Source of the DNA: an uncultured Gammaproteobacteria bacterium
GTDB lineage: Bacteria > Patescibacteriota > Patescibacteriia > Magasanikbacterales > GWA2-37-8
Direction: 5' to 3'
DNA: 64,000 bases
Assembly: GCA_964634875.1 (NCBI GenBank)
Contig: CAZWKA010000001.1
Coordinates: 101,600-165,599, forward strand
Below the pieces are notes generated by a model. That model ran no database searches. It was not told the DNA's origin and worked only from the letters and a program-made list of their open reading frames with translations. Within the stretch, counting starts at the first letter, position 1; each line of letters opens with the position of its first letter. A program made the translations under genes and the position numbers. This document shows positions 28,552 through 38,736 of the stretch, in pieces.

Positions 28552-29187
28552 ATGCATATGAAAGCAAAAGTCTACAATCTTTCAGGTAAAGAAACCGGAG
28601 ACATGGAACTCCCGGAAGATATTTTCAACATTGCCGTTAAACCAGAAGTAGTGCACGAAGTTTTTGTTGCCCAAATGAACAACCAGCGTGAATCTTGGGC
28701 AGATACCAAGAATCGCGGTGAAGTTCGCGGTGGTGGTAAAAAACCATGGGCACAGAAAGGTACTGGCCGTGCTCGTCACGGTTCGATCCGTTCCCCGATC
28801 TGGAAGGGCGGTGGCGTAACCTTTGGTCCATTATCTATTAGAAATTATAAAACAAAAATTAATAAAAAGACCCGTCGTTTGGCAACCCGCATGTGTCTTA
28901 GCGACAAAGTCCAAAGTGGTGCACTCTTGATCGTGGAGAACTTTACTTTTGCTGAATCAAAAACCAAACTGATGGCTGCGGCTCTCAAAGCCCTTCCAAC
29001 CAAGCAAAAATCATTCTTGATTGTATCGGCTGCTAACGATGAAGCGCTTATCAAAATTTCCCGGAATGTCCCGCGCGTTAAGAACCAGGTTGCGACCGAC
29101 TTATCAGTCATGGATCTTCTACAGAGCCAGGCTGTCGTGATCACCAAAGAAGCCGTTGAAAAAATTGTCGCCACCTTACAAAAATAA
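28552..29187 (+). CDS. rplD: 50S ribosomal protein L4
   Basis: 211 aa. KNRGEVRGGGKKPWAQKGTGRARHGSIRSP. Confidence 0.93.
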   Translation: MHMKAKVYNLSGKETGDMELPEDIFNIAVKPEVVHEVFVAQMNNQRESWADTKNRGEVRGGGKKPWAQKGTGRARHGSIRSPIWKGGGVTFGPLSIRNYKTKINKKTRRLATRMCLSDKVQSGALLIVENFTFAESKTKLMAAALKALPTKQKSFLIVSAANDEALIKISRNVPRVKNQVATDLSVMDLLQSQAVVITKEAVEKIVATLQK

Positions 29188-29211
29188 TCTACTTACCTTA
29201 GACAGCAGTAT

Positions 29212-29652
29212 ATGGGATTACTCGACCGTTTTACCAAAAAACAAGTTAAAGAAAAACTTGACGCCACCAAGGCTGATTCGACCGATACCAAACCGGCTGT
29301 TTCTAAGGCTGCAAAAAAAACTAAAACTGAAGAGGCTCCAGCTGACAAGAAAAAGGCCTCGTTGCACGGAACTTCATACCGCGTCTTGGTTCGCCCTCTG
29401 GTGACCGAAAAAACTGCCCGCCAGGAAAGTGTTAACAAGTATACTTTTGTGGTGGAGCGTTCAGCTACCAAGCTAGAAGTAAAACGTGCAATCAAAGAAT
29501 TGTATGGTGTTATGCCGGTAACTGTAGCTGTTTCCAATTTGCAAGGTCGTCGTGTCCGTTTTGGCAAGTATGCTGGCCGCCGCAGTGATTACAAAAAAGC
29601 AATTGTTACCTTGGCAAAAGGCAGTTCAATTACCATTCACGAAGGAGTCTAA
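29212..29652 (+). CDS. rplW: 50S ribosomal protein L23 with ~50-aa Lys/Ala-rich N-terminal extension
   Basis: The core YRVLVRPLVTEKTARQ ... matches L23. The N-terminal 50 residues are K/A/T-rich and low-complexity. Confidence 0.88.
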   Translation: MGLLDRFTKKQVKEKLDATKADSTDTKPAVSKAAKKTKTEEAPADKKKASLHGTSYRVLVRPLVTEKTARQESVNKYTFVVERSATKLEVKRAIKELYGVMPVTVAVSNLQGRRVRFGKYAGRRSDYKKAIVTLAKGSSITIHEGV

Positions 29653-29666
29653 TTCTCACCCCCTGT

Positions 29667-30509
29667 ATGGCTATTAAAATTTACAAACCAACATCCCCTG
29701 GCCGCCGCCAATCAAGTGTCGACGCATTCGCCGACATTACTAAGCACAAACCAGAAAAAAGCCTGATCAAGATTTTGCAGCCAAAAAGTGGCCGCAACAA
29801 CCAGGGTCATATTACGGTTCGCCATCAGGGTGGTGGTGCCAAGAAATTTTATCGTTTGGTTGATTTTAAACAACAGCGCTTTGGCGTTGAAGCAACGGTT
29901 TTGGCAATCGAATACGATCCAAACCGCACTTCCCGCATCGCCCTTATTGAATATAGTGACAAAGTTAAATCGTATATCCTCGCTCCTGAAGGTTTGACCG
30001 TGGGAGACAAGATTCAATCAGAAAAGGGTGTGAACGAAGCTAAAGTCGGCAACCGCATGCCCCTTGAATTCATCCCAGTTGGTTTGTTTGTTCATAATGT
30101 TGAACTAACACCCGGTAAAGGAGGGCAGATGGTTCGCGGTGCAGCAATGGCTGCCCAGCTCGTCGGTAGTGAAGGACGGTATGCTCAGTTGAAATTACCT
30201 TCTGGTGAAGTTCGTGCGGTTTTGAAAGAATGTGCTGCCACAATCGGCATGCTCGGTAACTCAGACCACCGCTTGATCCGTTGGGGTAAGGCCGGCCGTA
30301 TGCGCCATCGCGGTATTAAGCCAACGGTTAAAGGTAAAAATATGAACCCTGTCGACCACCCGCACGGTGGTGGTGAAGGCCATAGTCCGATTGGTCAGAA
30401 ACGTGGTCCGCAGACGGTTTATGGTAAAGCTGCTCGCGGTGTCCGTACTCGCCAGCCACAGAAATGGAGCAACAAGTTTATTATCAAGTCCCGCCGCGCT
30501 CGCGCCTAA
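29667..30509 (+). CDS. rplB: 50S ribosomal protein L2
   Basis: 280 aa. GRNNQGHITVRHQGGG, NPVDHPHGGGEG. Confidence 0.97.
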   Translation: MAIKIYKPTSPGRRQSSVDAFADITKHKPEKSLIKILQPKSGRNNQGHITVRHQGGGAKKFYRLVDFKQQRFGVEATVLAIEYDPNRTSRIALIEYSDKVKSYILAPEGLTVGDKIQSEKGVNEAKVGNRMPLEFIPVGLFVHNVELTPGKGGQMVRGAAMAAQLVGSEGRYAQLKLPSGEVRAVLKECAATIGMLGNSDHRLIRWGKAGRMRHRGIKPTVKGKNMNPVDHPHGGGEGHSPIGQKRGPQTVYGKAARGVRTRQPQKWSNKFIIKSRRARA

Positions 30510-30536
30510 CTATATCCACTTTAAAGTTACTACTGT

Positions 30537-30857
30537 ATGTCTAGAAGTCTTAAAAAAGGTCCTTACATCGATCCACGGGTCGTCAAAAAAGTGACGGCAC
30601 TCAAGGATAGCGGCAAACGCACGCCAATTAAAACTTGGTCCCGCGCTTGTGTTATTACACCAGAAATGGTCGGCGTTACCTTTTTAGTACATAACGGTAA
30701 GGACTTTCTGACAGTATTGGTTGAAGAAAATATGGTTGGACATCGCCTTGGTGAAATGGCGCCAACGCGCAAGTTTATTCGCCATGGTGGTAAGATGGCT
30801 AAGGAAGAAGCTGGCAAATCAGCTGCTCCAGCCGCCCCCGCTGCTAAAAAGAAATAA
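30537..30857 (+). CDS. rpsS: 30S ribosomal protein S19 with Lys/Ala-rich C-terminal tail
   Basis: [11 protein letters not shown] ... HNGKDF ... [13 protein letters not shown], with tail [18 protein letters not shown]. Confidence 0.93.
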   Translation: MSRSLKKGPYIDPRVVKKVTALKDSGKRTPIKTWSRACVITPEMVGVTFLVHNGKDFLTVLVEENMVGHRLGEMAPTRKFIRHGGKMAKEEAGKSAAPAAPAAKKK

Positions 30858-30860
30858 TCT

Positions 30861-31322
30861 TTGCATATGAAGGAAGTACAAGCCCATTTACGATTTTTGA
30901 GACAGAGCCCGCGTAAGGTTCGTTTGGTTGCGGATCTTATCCGTGGCAGGCGCGCTGAACGTGCGGTGAATACATTGTCGCTATTGAACAAGGTTGCTGC
31001 TGGCCCGCTCTTGAAACTTTTGAAATCAGCAATGGCCAACGCCACTCACAACTTTTCTCTCCCTGTTGGGACTTTAAAAGTAGCCAAGATTACGGTTGAT
31101 GGTGGTCCAGCCCTGAAACGCTGGATGCCGAAAGCCCATGGCCGCGCTACTCCGGTTCGCGAACCTACTTCACATATTACGATTGTGTTGACTGGCGAAG
31201 GGGTTGAAAAACAAGAAACCAAAACAGAAGAAAAAGTAATTGATGCTACCGAAGTTGTCGAAGAAAAACCAAAGAAAAAACCGGCAGCTAAAAAAACCGC
31301 TACTAAAGCTAAGACTAAATAA
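30861..31322 (+). CDS. rplV: 50S ribosomal protein L22 with Lys-rich C-terminal extension
   Basis: RQSPRKVRLVADLIRGR matches L22. About 45-aa K/E/T-rich tail. Confidence 0.92.
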   Translation: MHMKEVQAHLRFLRQSPRKVRLVADLIRGRRAERAVNTLSLLNKVAAGPLLKLLKSAMANATHNFSLPVGTLKVAKITVDGGPALKRWMPKAHGRATPVREPTSHITIVLTGEGVEKQETKTEEKVIDATEVVEEKPKKKPAAKKTATKAKTK

Positions 31323-31353
31323 TTTTACTCCACATCTCTAAAGCTCTAATGCT

Positions 31354-32073
31354 ATGGGTCACAAAGTACATCCGAAAATTCATCGCATTCCCTTTATCTT
31401 CCCTTGGGATTCCCGTTGGTTTGGCCGCGGCCGACAATTGCCGGAATTTTTAAAGCACGAAGTGCAAACCCGCCAATACCTCATGAAGAAATTGCGCGAT
31501 GCCGGTATCGACTCTATCAGTGTTGAGCGTTCACCAAAAGAATTCGTGATTACGATCCTAGCTGCAAAACCAGGTGTTATCATCGGACGTAGTGGACAGG
31601 GTCTCGAAGATCTGCGGAAAGAAATTGAGAAAAAAATCTTGGGCTTCAAGCTCAAAGTAAAATTAAATATCCAGGCAGTTACGAATCCCGCTCTCTCTGC
31701 TGCCATCGTGGCTCAGAGTGCTGCAGACGAAATTGAACGCCGCTTGCCTTTCCGCCGTGTTATGAAGCAAGCAATCCAGAAAGTGATGTCTGCTGGTGCC
31801 AAGGGAGTTAAGATGAAAATGGGTGGACGGTTGAATGGTGCTGAAATTGCCCGTACCGAAAAATTGGCTGATGGTAAAATGTCCTTAATTACGATCCGCA
31901 GCAACGTTGATTACGCTACTGCGGAAGCTCAGACCATGTACGGCAAGATTGGTATCAAAGTTTGGATCTACCACGGTGAGACTTTTGGCCGCCATGATAA
32001 GTTTGAAAAGAAAGAAACTAACCAGAATAACGAACAGAAACCAGCTCAGCGCCAGACGACTACAAAAAAATAA
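31354..32073 (+). CDS. rpsC: 30S ribosomal protein S3
   Basis: 239 aa. MGHKVHPKIHR, KH domain, GRLNGAEIARTE. Confidence 0.96.
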   Translation: MGHKVHPKIHRIPFIFPWDSRWFGRGRQLPEFLKHEVQTRQYLMKKLRDAGIDSISVERSPKEFVITILAAKPGVIIGRSGQGLEDLRKEIEKKILGFKLKVKLNIQAVTNPALSAAIVAQSAADEIERRLPFRRVMKQAIQKVMSAGAKGVKMKMGGRLNGAEIARTEKLADGKMSLITIRSNVDYATAEAQTMYGKIGIKVWIYHGETFGRHDKFEKKETNQNNEQKPAQRQTTTKK

Positions 32074-32104
32074 CCTTTGATATTACGAATTTGGATTTTG
32101 AGAT

Positions 32105-32521
32105 ATGCTTTTACCTAAAAAAGTACAACACCGCAAATGGCATAAAGGCCGCCGTCGCCAAAAAGGCGTCGCTACTCGTGCTAACAACCTCAGTTTCGGG
32201 GACTTCGGTCTCAAGAGCGAGAGTTATGGCTGGGTAACGAGCCGCCAAATTGAAGCGGTCCGCCGTGTTTTGACGCGCTATGTCCGCCGCGGTGGCAAGA
32301 TCTGGATTCGTGTATTCCCAGATAAACCAGTTACCAAAAAAGGTAATGAAACCCCGATGGGTGGTGGTAAAGGTGCTCCGGATCATTATGTAGCCGTCGT
32401 AAAACCTGGTACCATGCTATTTGAGATGGTTGGTGTAACTCCGGAAGCAGCGAAAGAAGCGATGCACCTGGCCGGTTACAAATTTGGGTTAAAGACCAGA
32501 TTTATTGAAAAACAAAAATAA
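32105..32521 (+). CDS. rplP: 50S ribosomal protein L16
   Basis: 138 aa. [23 protein letters not shown]. Confidence 0.96.
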   Translation: MLLPKKVQHRKWHKGRRRQKGVATRANNLSFGDFGLKSESYGWVTSRQIEAVRRVLTRYVRRGGKIWIRVFPDKPVTKKGNETPMGGGKGAPDHYVAVVKPGTMLFEMVGVTPEAAKEAMHLAGYKFGLKTRFIEKQK

Positions 32522-32527
32522 AATCGT

Positions 32528-32719
32528 ATGGAATTTGCTGAACTTAAAAATAAAAATGTTACCGAACTCAAGGAAATTTTGGCCGATCAGCGTGCCCTTC
32601 TTCGGGAATACCGCTTCAAAGCCAAAGCGAACGCCTTGAAGCAGGTACACCTGGTCCCAGCTGCCCGCAAAATTGTCGCCCAAGTGGTAATGCTGTTAAA
32701 AGATAAACAAAAAGCTTAA
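32528..32719 (+). CDS. rpmC: 50S ribosomal protein L29
   Basis: 63 aa helical hairpin (ELKNKNVTELKEILADQRALLREYRFKA). Confidence 0.9.
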   Translation: MEFAELKNKNVTELKEILADQRALLREYRFKAKANALKQVHLVPAARKIVAQVVMLLKDKQKA

Positions 32720-32720
32720 T

Positions 32721-32984
32721 ATGGAAAAAACTACTACCCCCATTAAACACGTTCGCCAATTTACCGGCCTGGTCGTATCAACTGGTATGCAGAAGACTAT
32801 TACGGTAAAGATTGATGCGATGAAAATGCACCAGAAATACCAGAAAAGCTACCGGGTTAGTCGCAAATACCATGTGCATGATGAAAAAGGCGATGCCAAG
32901 GTGGGAGATATGGTTGAATTTAAGGAATGCCGCCCCTTGTCTAAGACCAAACGCTGGACACTGACCGCTGTTTTAAAAAAGTAA
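32721..32984 (+). CDS. rpsQ: 30S ribosomal protein S17
   Basis: 87 aa. GLVVSTGMQKTITVKID ... KYHVHDEKGDAKVGDMVEFKECRPLSKTKRW. Confidence 0.95.
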   Translation: MEKTTTPIKHVRQFTGLVVSTGMQKTITVKIDAMKMHQKYQKSYRVSRKYHVHDEKGDAKVGDMVEFKECRPLSKTKRWTLTAVLKK

Positions 32985-32991
32985 TGTAGTG

Positions 32992-33070
32992 GTCATTTCG
33001 AGCGAAGCGATAAATCTTTCGAAGAAAGAATTAAGGTTGTAGAAAGATTCCTGGCTTCGTTCGGAATGAC
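32992..33070. repeat. palindromic intergenic repeat, family A copy 2 (GTCATTTCGAGCGAAGCG ... GCTTCGTTCGGAATGAC)
   Basis: The inverted termini have the same consensus as copies at 10147, 36553 and 62852. Located between rpsQ and rplN. Confidence 0.6.
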
Positions 33071-33106
33071 AGTAAAAGAAAATAAAGAATTTATAATTTT
33101 GATTGT

Positions 33107-33478
33107 ATGATCCAACACCGCTCAATGCTGAATGTCGCCGATAACGCCGGAGCTAAAAAACTCCAGTGCATCCGCGTCCTTGGCGGCTATAAAAAACGTT
33201 ATGCCCAGATCGGGGATATCATCACCTGCGTCGTCAAAGAAGCAGCTCCTCGTGGCATCGTCAAAAAGAGCGAGGTGGTCCATGCTGTCATTGTCCGCCA
33301 GCGCAAAGAATACCGACGCGTTGACGGTACCTATATCCGCTTTGATGAGAATGCCGCTGTAATTATTGACCGTAAGAGCAAAGAACCGAAAGGTTCGCGC
33401 ATCTTCGGGCCAATCGCCCGCGAGCTCCGCACCAAAGGTTTTCAAAAGATTATTTCCTTAGCTCCGGAAGTTTTATAA
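33107..33478 (+). CDS. rplN: 50S ribosomal protein L14
   Basis: [27 protein letters not shown]. Confidence 0.97.
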   Translation: MIQHRSMLNVADNAGAKKLQCIRVLGGYKKRYAQIGDIITCVVKEAAPRGIVKKSEVVHAVIVRQRKEYRRVDGTYIRFDENAAVIIDRKSKEPKGSRIFGPIARELRTKGFQKIISLAPEVL

Positions 33479-33502
33479 ACCTGCTTCCAACTCATATCGA
33501 TT

Positions 33503-33808
33503 ATGAAAATTAAAACTAACGACAACGTCAAAGTTATCAGTGGTAAAGACAAAGGAAAGACCGGCAAGGTCATCCAAGTTTTTAAAGCTGAAGGAAAAGT
33601 TGTTGTCGAAGACGTTAACAAAATCAAAAAACATATCCGTTCCCGGAAGCAAGGAGAAAAAGGACAGGTGATTGAGCTCTCTGGCCCGATGGCCGCAAGC
33701 AAAGTCATGTTGGTCTGCCCACGCTGTTCAAAACCAACTCGTATTGGCGCCAAAATCGATGGCGACAAAAAATTCCGTGTTTGTTCTAAATGCCACGAAG
33801 TAATCTAG
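33503..33808 (+). CDS. rplX: 50S ribosomal protein L24 with C-terminal CxxC...CxxC zinc ribbon
   Basis: KOW motif VISGKDKGKTGKV. C-terminal CPRCSK ... CSKCHE. Confidence 0.92.
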   Translation: MKIKTNDNVKVISGKDKGKTGKVIQVFKAEGKVVVEDVNKIKKHIRSRKQGEKGQVIELSGPMAASKVMLVCPRCSKPTRIGAKIDGDKKFRVCSKCHEVI

Positions 33809-33815
33809 CTATTAT

Positions 33816-34358
33816 ATGACGAAAAATCTGTACGAACGCTACAAAACCGAGATTGTGCCAGCGCTCATGAAAGACGCGGGCTACAAGAACGTCATGCAAG
33901 TACCGAAAATTACCAAAGTGGTTGTCAATGTTGGTGTTGGCCGATTCGTGAAAGAAGCTAATTTCATTGATAACGTTGAAAAAGTTTTAACTAAGATTAC
34001 TGGTCAGAAGCCAATCCGTACCAAGGCCAAGAAATCTATTTCCAACTTCAAAATCCGTGAAGGTATGGAAATTGGTGTGGTTGTAACCCTCCGGGGTCCC
34101 CAGATGTACCAATTCCTCGAAAAACTCCTTCGTGTTACTTTCCCTCGCGTCCGTGATTTCCATGGTATCTCTGACAAGGCCTTCGACCGCCAGGGCAACT
34201 ACACGATTGGTTTCAAAGAAAACATTGCCTTCCCGGAAGTAAAGATGGAAGAGATCGACAAGGTTCACGGTCTCCAGATCATTGTTGCTACAACTGCCAA
34301 GAGCAAAGAAGAAGGAAAAAAGCTTTTGGGTGCACTCGGTTTCCCTTTTAGTAAATAA
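33816..34358 (+). CDS. rplE: 50S ribosomal protein L5
   Basis: 180 aa. RYKTEIVPALMK, ITLRGPQMYQFLEKL. Confidence 0.96.
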   Translation: MTKNLYERYKTEIVPALMKDAGYKNVMQVPKITKVVVNVGVGRFVKEANFIDNVEKVLTKITGQKPIRTKAKKSISNFKIREGMEIGVVVTLRGPQMYQFLEKLLRVTFPRVRDFHGISDKAFDRQGNYTIGFKENIAFPEVKMEEIDKVHGLQIIVATTAKSKEEGKKLLGALGFPFSK

Positions 34359-34384
34359 TTTCTTACTCGTTACTCCTCTTACGT

Positions 34385-34570
34385 ATGGCTACTCAAGGAC
34401 AAATCGCCAAATCAAACCGCAAACCAAAATTCTCTACCCGTATTGTACGACGCTGCTGGAAATGCGGCCGTCGCCGCGGGTTCATGAGGCATTTTGAGTT
34501 GTGCCGCATTTGTTTCCGAGAGCTCGCAAATAACGGCAAGATTCCGGGGATCCGCAAGTCGAGTTGGTAA
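34385..34570 (+). CDS. rpsZ: 30S ribosomal protein S14 type Z (zinc-binding)
   Basis: 61 aa. CWKCGRRRGFMRHFELCRICFRE (C4 site). Confidence 0.93.
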   Translation: MATQGQIAKSNRKPKFSTRIVRRCWKCGRRRGFMRHFELCRICFRELANNGKIPGIRKSSW

Positions 34571-34613
34571 TTTACTTTTTCAAAATCATATCCAATCTAA
34601 AAATACTTAACGT

Positions 34614-35003
34614 ATGATGACTGATCCAATCGCTGACATGTTAACCCGCATCCGGAATGCCTCAATGGTTCATAAGAAAGAAGTGGCTATTCCGTTCTCC
34701 AAAGTCAAAATGGCTATTGCCACGATTTTGGTTCGCGAAGGTTATTTGACCAAAGCGGAAGAACTGGTTGACAAACACCCGTATCTTTTGGTGACCCTGA
34801 AATACAATAATGGCACGCCAGCGATCCAGCACATCAAGCGTATTTCGACTCCCGGCCATCGACAGTATATCAAAAAGGACAGCATCAAACGTATTTTGAA
34901 TGGCTACGGGATGGCAATACTTTCCACTTCGCAGGGGATGATGACTGACCAAGAGGCCCGCAAGGCAGCCGTTGGCGGCGAGCTTATCTGCGAGATTTAT
35001 TAA
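34614..35003 (+). CDS. rpsH: 30S ribosomal protein S8
   Basis: DPIADMLTRIRNA and a C-terminal GGELICEIY. Confidence 0.96.
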   Translation: MMTDPIADMLTRIRNASMVHKKEVAIPFSKVKMAIATILVREGYLTKAEELVDKHPYLLVTLKYNNGTPAIQHIKRISTPGHRQYIKKDSIKRILNGYGMAILSTSQGMMTDQEARKAAVGGELICEIY

Positions 35004-35017
35004 ACTTTTTTACGCAT

Positions 35018-35563
35018 ATGTCTCGTATTGGAAAAAAAATCCTCACCCTTCCCGCTGGCGTAACTGTGGAGATCAGCGCGACAAGTATTTCAATGAAAGG
35101 CCCTAAAGGCGAATTGAAGCTTGCATTGCATCCGCATATTAGTATCGTAAAAAACGATGCTGAAATATCGGTAAAAACGGTCAACGAAGAAAACAAGCGC
35201 GACCGTGCCCTCTGGGGAACCTTTGCCAGCCTTCTCGAAAACATGCTCGAAGGCGTTACCAATGGTTTTAAAAAGCAACTTGAAATCAACGGTGTTGGTT
35301 ACAAGGCTGCACTCAAAGGCAAGGCTTTGTCTTTGGAAGTTGGTTATTCCCATCCGGTAGAATTTGAAGCGCCAGCAGGGATTACCTTTAGTGTAGAAAA
35401 AAATCTCATTACTGTTGAAGGTATTGATAAGCATTTGGTTGGTGAAACGGCTGCACAGATCCGCGCCATCAAGAAACCTGAGCCGTATAAGGGCAAGGGT
35501 ATTAAATATCTTACCGAAGTCATCCGTCGCAAGGCTGGTAAGACTGCGGCAAAGAGCGCATAA
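35018..35563 (+). CDS. rplF: 50S ribosomal protein L6
   Basis: MSRIGKKILTLPAGV ... two-domain L6. Confidence 0.96.
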   Translation: MSRIGKKILTLPAGVTVEISATSISMKGPKGELKLALHPHISIVKNDAEISVKTVNEENKRDRALWGTFASLLENMLEGVTNGFKKQLEINGVGYKAALKGKALSLEVGYSHPVEFEAPAGITFSVEKNLITVEGIDKHLVGETAAQIRAIKKPEPYKGKGIKYLTEVIRRKAGKTAAKSA

Positions 35564-35578
35564 TCAACGTATACTCCT

Positions 35579-35953
35579 ATGAAACGATTATTGACCACAA
35601 CTAAAAATAAACTGCGCCAAGTCCGGCACCTCCGGGTTCGTGCCCTAGTGAAGGGTACTGCGATGAAGCCTCGTCTTTCTGTATTCCGTGGCAACAAAGC
35701 TATGGAACTCCAGCTGATTGACGATGCAGCAGGTAAAACACTGTGTGCTGTTAAAACGACTGAAGTAAAGGCAAAAGTGGCGGAGGGACGCAGTGCAAAA
35801 GCCTCGCTCGGTTACTTGGCCGGTAAACTCCTGGCCGAAAAAGCAGCGGGGAAAGGTATTAAGGCTGTTGTTTTTGACCGCGGCGGATATAGCTATCATG
35901 GACGCGTAGCAGCTGTTGCTGATGGTGCCCGTGAAGGCGGTTTAGTTTTTTAG
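35579..35953 (+). CDS. rplR: 50S ribosomal protein L18
   Basis: 124 aa. PRLSVFRGNKAMELQLID ... VFDRGGYSYHGRVAAVADGAREGGL. Confidence 0.95.
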   Translation: MKRLLTTTKNKLRQVRHLRVRALVKGTAMKPRLSVFRGNKAMELQLIDDAAGKTLCAVKTTEVKAKVAEGRSAKASLGYLAGKLLAEKAAGKGIKAVVFDRGGYSYHGRVAAVADGAREGGLVF

Positions 35954-36032
35954 CTCTCCTTAGCTTCGCTCTGGTGAAGCAAATTTTACAGATACTTATA
36001 ACTTTCTATTAGAAAAACTACTTAAACAGACT

Positions 36033-36539
36033 ATGCAAAAACCATCCGATCACAAACGAGGCCGTCGCAATGAGGAAAAGAGTGAATTCGAGCAATACAT
36101 TCTTGATTTGGCGCGCGTCACTCGTGTTACCGAAGGTGGCAAGCATATGAGCTTCCGCGTCTGTATCATCCTCGGCGATCGCCATGGCCGCGTTGGCTAC
36201 GGTGTTGCAAAAGGCGCAGATGTCCAGTTGGGCGTTGAGAAGGCTGTGCATCAAGCCAAGAAGCGTATGATCACTGTGCCGATCATAAAAGAAACGATTC
36301 CTCACGCTGTGGTCCGCAAGTTCAAAGCTGCCGAAGTCATGTTAAAGCCTGCCCCTAGAGGTTCTGGTATCATTGCAGGCGGTGCTGTTCGTTCGGTGCT
36401 CGATCTGGCTGGTATTCCAAATGTTTCGTCTAAAATTTTAGGTAAAACTAAAAACAAGATCGCCATTGTTAAGGCAACCTTTGACGCTTTAAAGAGTTTC
36501 AAGCGTGTGGCCCCAAAGAAGCGTGAAGATAAAGTGTAA
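36033..36539 (+). CDS. rpsE: 30S ribosomal protein S5
   Basis: 168 aa. RVTRVTEGGKHMSFRVCIILGDRHGRVGYGVAKG. Confidence 0.96.
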   Translation: MQKPSDHKRGRRNEEKSEFEQYILDLARVTRVTEGGKHMSFRVCIILGDRHGRVGYGVAKGADVQLGVEKAVHQAKKRMITVPIIKETIPHAVVRKFKAAEVMLKPAPRGSGIIAGGAVRSVLDLAGIPNVSSKILGKTKNKIAIVKATFDALKSFKRVAPKKREDKV

Positions 36540-36552
36540 GGTAAGTAAGGGT

Positions 36553-36664
36553 GTCATTGCGAGCAAAGCGCAGCAATCCCCTGGATTAAGTACTGGCTAT
36601 TTAAAAAGTATTTCTAAAACCGAGGGGATTGCCACGTCGGTCGTGCCTCCCTCCTCGCAATGAC
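36553..36664. repeat. palindromic intergenic repeat, family A copy 3, at the position where rpmD (L30) is normally found
   Basis: Arms GTCATTGCGAGCAAAGCGCAGCAATCCCCTGG and GAGGGGATTGCCACGTCGGTCGTGCCTCCCTCCTCGCAATGAC. The reverse complement of the right arm nearly matches the left arm of copy 1 at 10147. Confidence 0.7.
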
Positions 36665-36672
36665 AAATTAAT

Positions 36673-37110
36673 ATGTTACAACCCCACACAATCAAAGCGG
36701 CCAAAGGTGCCAAGCACCGCGTAAAACGCGTCGGCCGCGGTAACGCTTCGGGACACGGTACTACAGCTACCCGTGGTGGCAAGGGTCAAACTGCCCGCTC
36801 CGGTGGCCAGCGTGGTAACCAGGCTCGCAGCTTCAAACGCCTCTTGCAGTCCACACCAAAACTGCGCGGTTTTACGAGTTTCAAAGCCCGCCCAGCCGAG
36901 GTGTATCTTGAAGATTTGGAAAAGCATTTTGCTGCCGGTGATTTGGTGACACTTGTCACGCTTCATGAGAAAAAACTCATCCCAACAGCTGCAAAGTCCG
37001 CTAAAATTTTAAACTCCGGCAGCTTGACTAAGAAGCTTATATTTCAGGGTATTAAAACAACCAAGGCTGCCGCTGAAAAGATTACGGCTGCAGGTGGTGA
37101 AGTGAAGTAA
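36673..37110 (+). CDS. rplO: 50S ribosomal protein L15
   Basis: 145 aa. KRVGRGNASGHGTTATRGGKGQ. Confidence 0.95.
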   Translation: MLQPHTIKAAKGAKHRVKRVGRGNASGHGTTATRGGKGQTARSGGQRGNQARSFKRLLQSTPKLRGFTSFKARPAEVYLEDLEKHFAAGDLVTLVTLHEKKLIPTAAKSAKILNSGSLTKKLIFQGIKTTKAAAEKITAAGGEVK

Positions 37111-37188
37111 AAACATCAAGGTTTCGCTTCGCTCCACCTGTCTACCGGCAGGCAGGTTCGGGATTACAATAAGGTAATTACCATTCTT

Positions 37189-38466
37189 ATGTGGGAAAAA
37201 ATCCAACAAATTTGGAAGATCAAGGACATCCGCAATAAATTGCTGTTTGTCTTGGCTATGCTGGTGGTCTATCGTTTGGTTGCCCATATTCCGATCCCGG
37301 GTGTCAACGTTGAGAACCTCCGTACATACCTTGCTGGCAACCAGATCTTGGGGCTTTTGAATATTTTTTCCGGCGGTACGCTCCAGAATTTTTCGATCAT
37401 CATGCTTGGAGTTGGGCCGTACATTACCGCGTCAATCATCATTCAGCTTTTGACCATGCTTATCCCGAGCATGGAAGAGCTCAGCAAAGAAGGTGAATCT
37501 GGTCAGCAAAAAATCAGTCTCTACACTCGTTGGCTTGCTTTGCCTCTCGCAATTTTGCAGGGGTACGCTACTATCAAATTATTGACTCAAACTTCTTCGT
37601 TGCCAATTTTGACTGATTTGTCGATGTTCCGTTTGGTTACTATTTTGGCTACCATTACTGCCGGAACCATGTTCCTTATGTGGATTGGTGAGCTTATTAA
37701 TGAAAAGAAAGTAGGTAATGGCCTTTCACTCCTTATTTTTGCTGGGATCGTGGCTTCGCTTCCGGGTACTGTTCGCAATGCCCTCATTAACTACGACCCC
37801 TCAAATCTTTCTCTCTTTATCGCTTTTGGTATTATCGCGCTCATAACGATTGTTGGTGTAGTTTTCATCAGCGAAGGGCAGCGTAATATCCCGGTTACCT
37901 ATGCCAAGCAAATGCGTGGTCAATCATCATATGGCGGCGCTTCAACCCATCTACCGTTCCGTGTTAACATGGCTGGCGTTATTCCAATTATCTTTGCGAT
38001 CTCACTGATCCTTTTCCCATCTATGATTGCCCAGTTTTTTGTCAGCGCTAAAAGCGTCTGGCTCTCAAACCTGGCAGTCGGTACTATTAAGTTGTTCCAA
38101 AACCAAATCTTCTACGCCGCTTTGTACTTTGCGCTCGTTGTTGGCTTTACCTATTTCTATACGGCTGTTATTTTCCATCCGCAGAAAATTGCCGAGAACC
38201 TTCAGAAACAAGGTGGTTTCATCCCCGGTATCCGCCCTGGCAAAGAAACTGAGCACTACATTGGCCAAACTATGAACCGCCTGAATTTAATCGGAGCGTT
38301 GTTCCTTGGTTCGATTGCTATTTTGCCCCTCATCGTTCAAGGCTTTTCTGGTACGCAGGCCTTCACTATCGGTGGCACCAGCATGCTCATCGTAGTAGCA
38401 GTGGCGATTGAAACTGCTAAACAGATCGATGCGCAGCTGACAGTGCACGAGTACGACAAGGTTTAA
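37189..38466 (+). CDS. secY: preprotein translocase subunit SecY
   Basis: 425 aa with 10 transmembrane helices. GGTLQNFSIIMLGVGPYITASIIIQLL, GEGQRNIPVTYAKQ. Confidence 0.96.
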   Translation: MWEKIQQIWKIKDIRNKLLFVLAMLVVYRLVAHIPIPGVNVENLRTYLAGNQILGLLNIFSGGTLQNFSIIMLGVGPYITASIIIQLLTMLIPSMEELSKEGESGQQKISLYTRWLALPLAILQGYATIKLLTQTSSLPILTDLSMFRLVTILATITAGTMFLMWIGELINEKKVGNGLSLLIFAGIVASLPGTVRNALINYDPSNLSLFIAFGIIALITIVGVVFISEGQRNIPVTYAKQMRGQSSYGGASTHLPFRVNMAGVIPIIFAISLILFPSMIAQFFVSAKSVWLSNLAVGTIKLFQNQIFYAALYFALVVGFTYFYTAVIFHPQKIAENLQKQGGFIPGIRPGKETEHYIGQTMNRLNLIGALFLGSIAILPLIVQGFSGTQAFTIGGTSMLIVVAVAIETAKQIDAQLTVHEYDKV

Positions 38467-38482
38467 ATAAATTTTCAAAATA

Positions 38483-38511
38483 AAAAATCCCGGCTATGTC
38501 GGGTTTTTTTA
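38483..38511 (+). terminator. intrinsic terminator after secY
   Basis: AAAAAATCCCGGCTATGTCGGGTTTTTTT. Confidence 0.65.
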
Positions 38512-38736
38512 TTTGGCAGTTGGTTCAACTATATCAATTTCGAGTGCGAACAGGTGCCCTCCCCTGTGGTAATCGGTAGTGCCAAGAAGGCTTTTTTTGA
38601 ATCTTTTCTAAGATACATGGGCACAAACCTGGCAAGCAGGGATTATTGCTTTATGTAAACTAGAAGCTTGATTATTTAGAGGGTATTTGATACGCTAGGT
38701 CGGTAAAATAGCGACAGCTAAAGGCTATTATTTAGT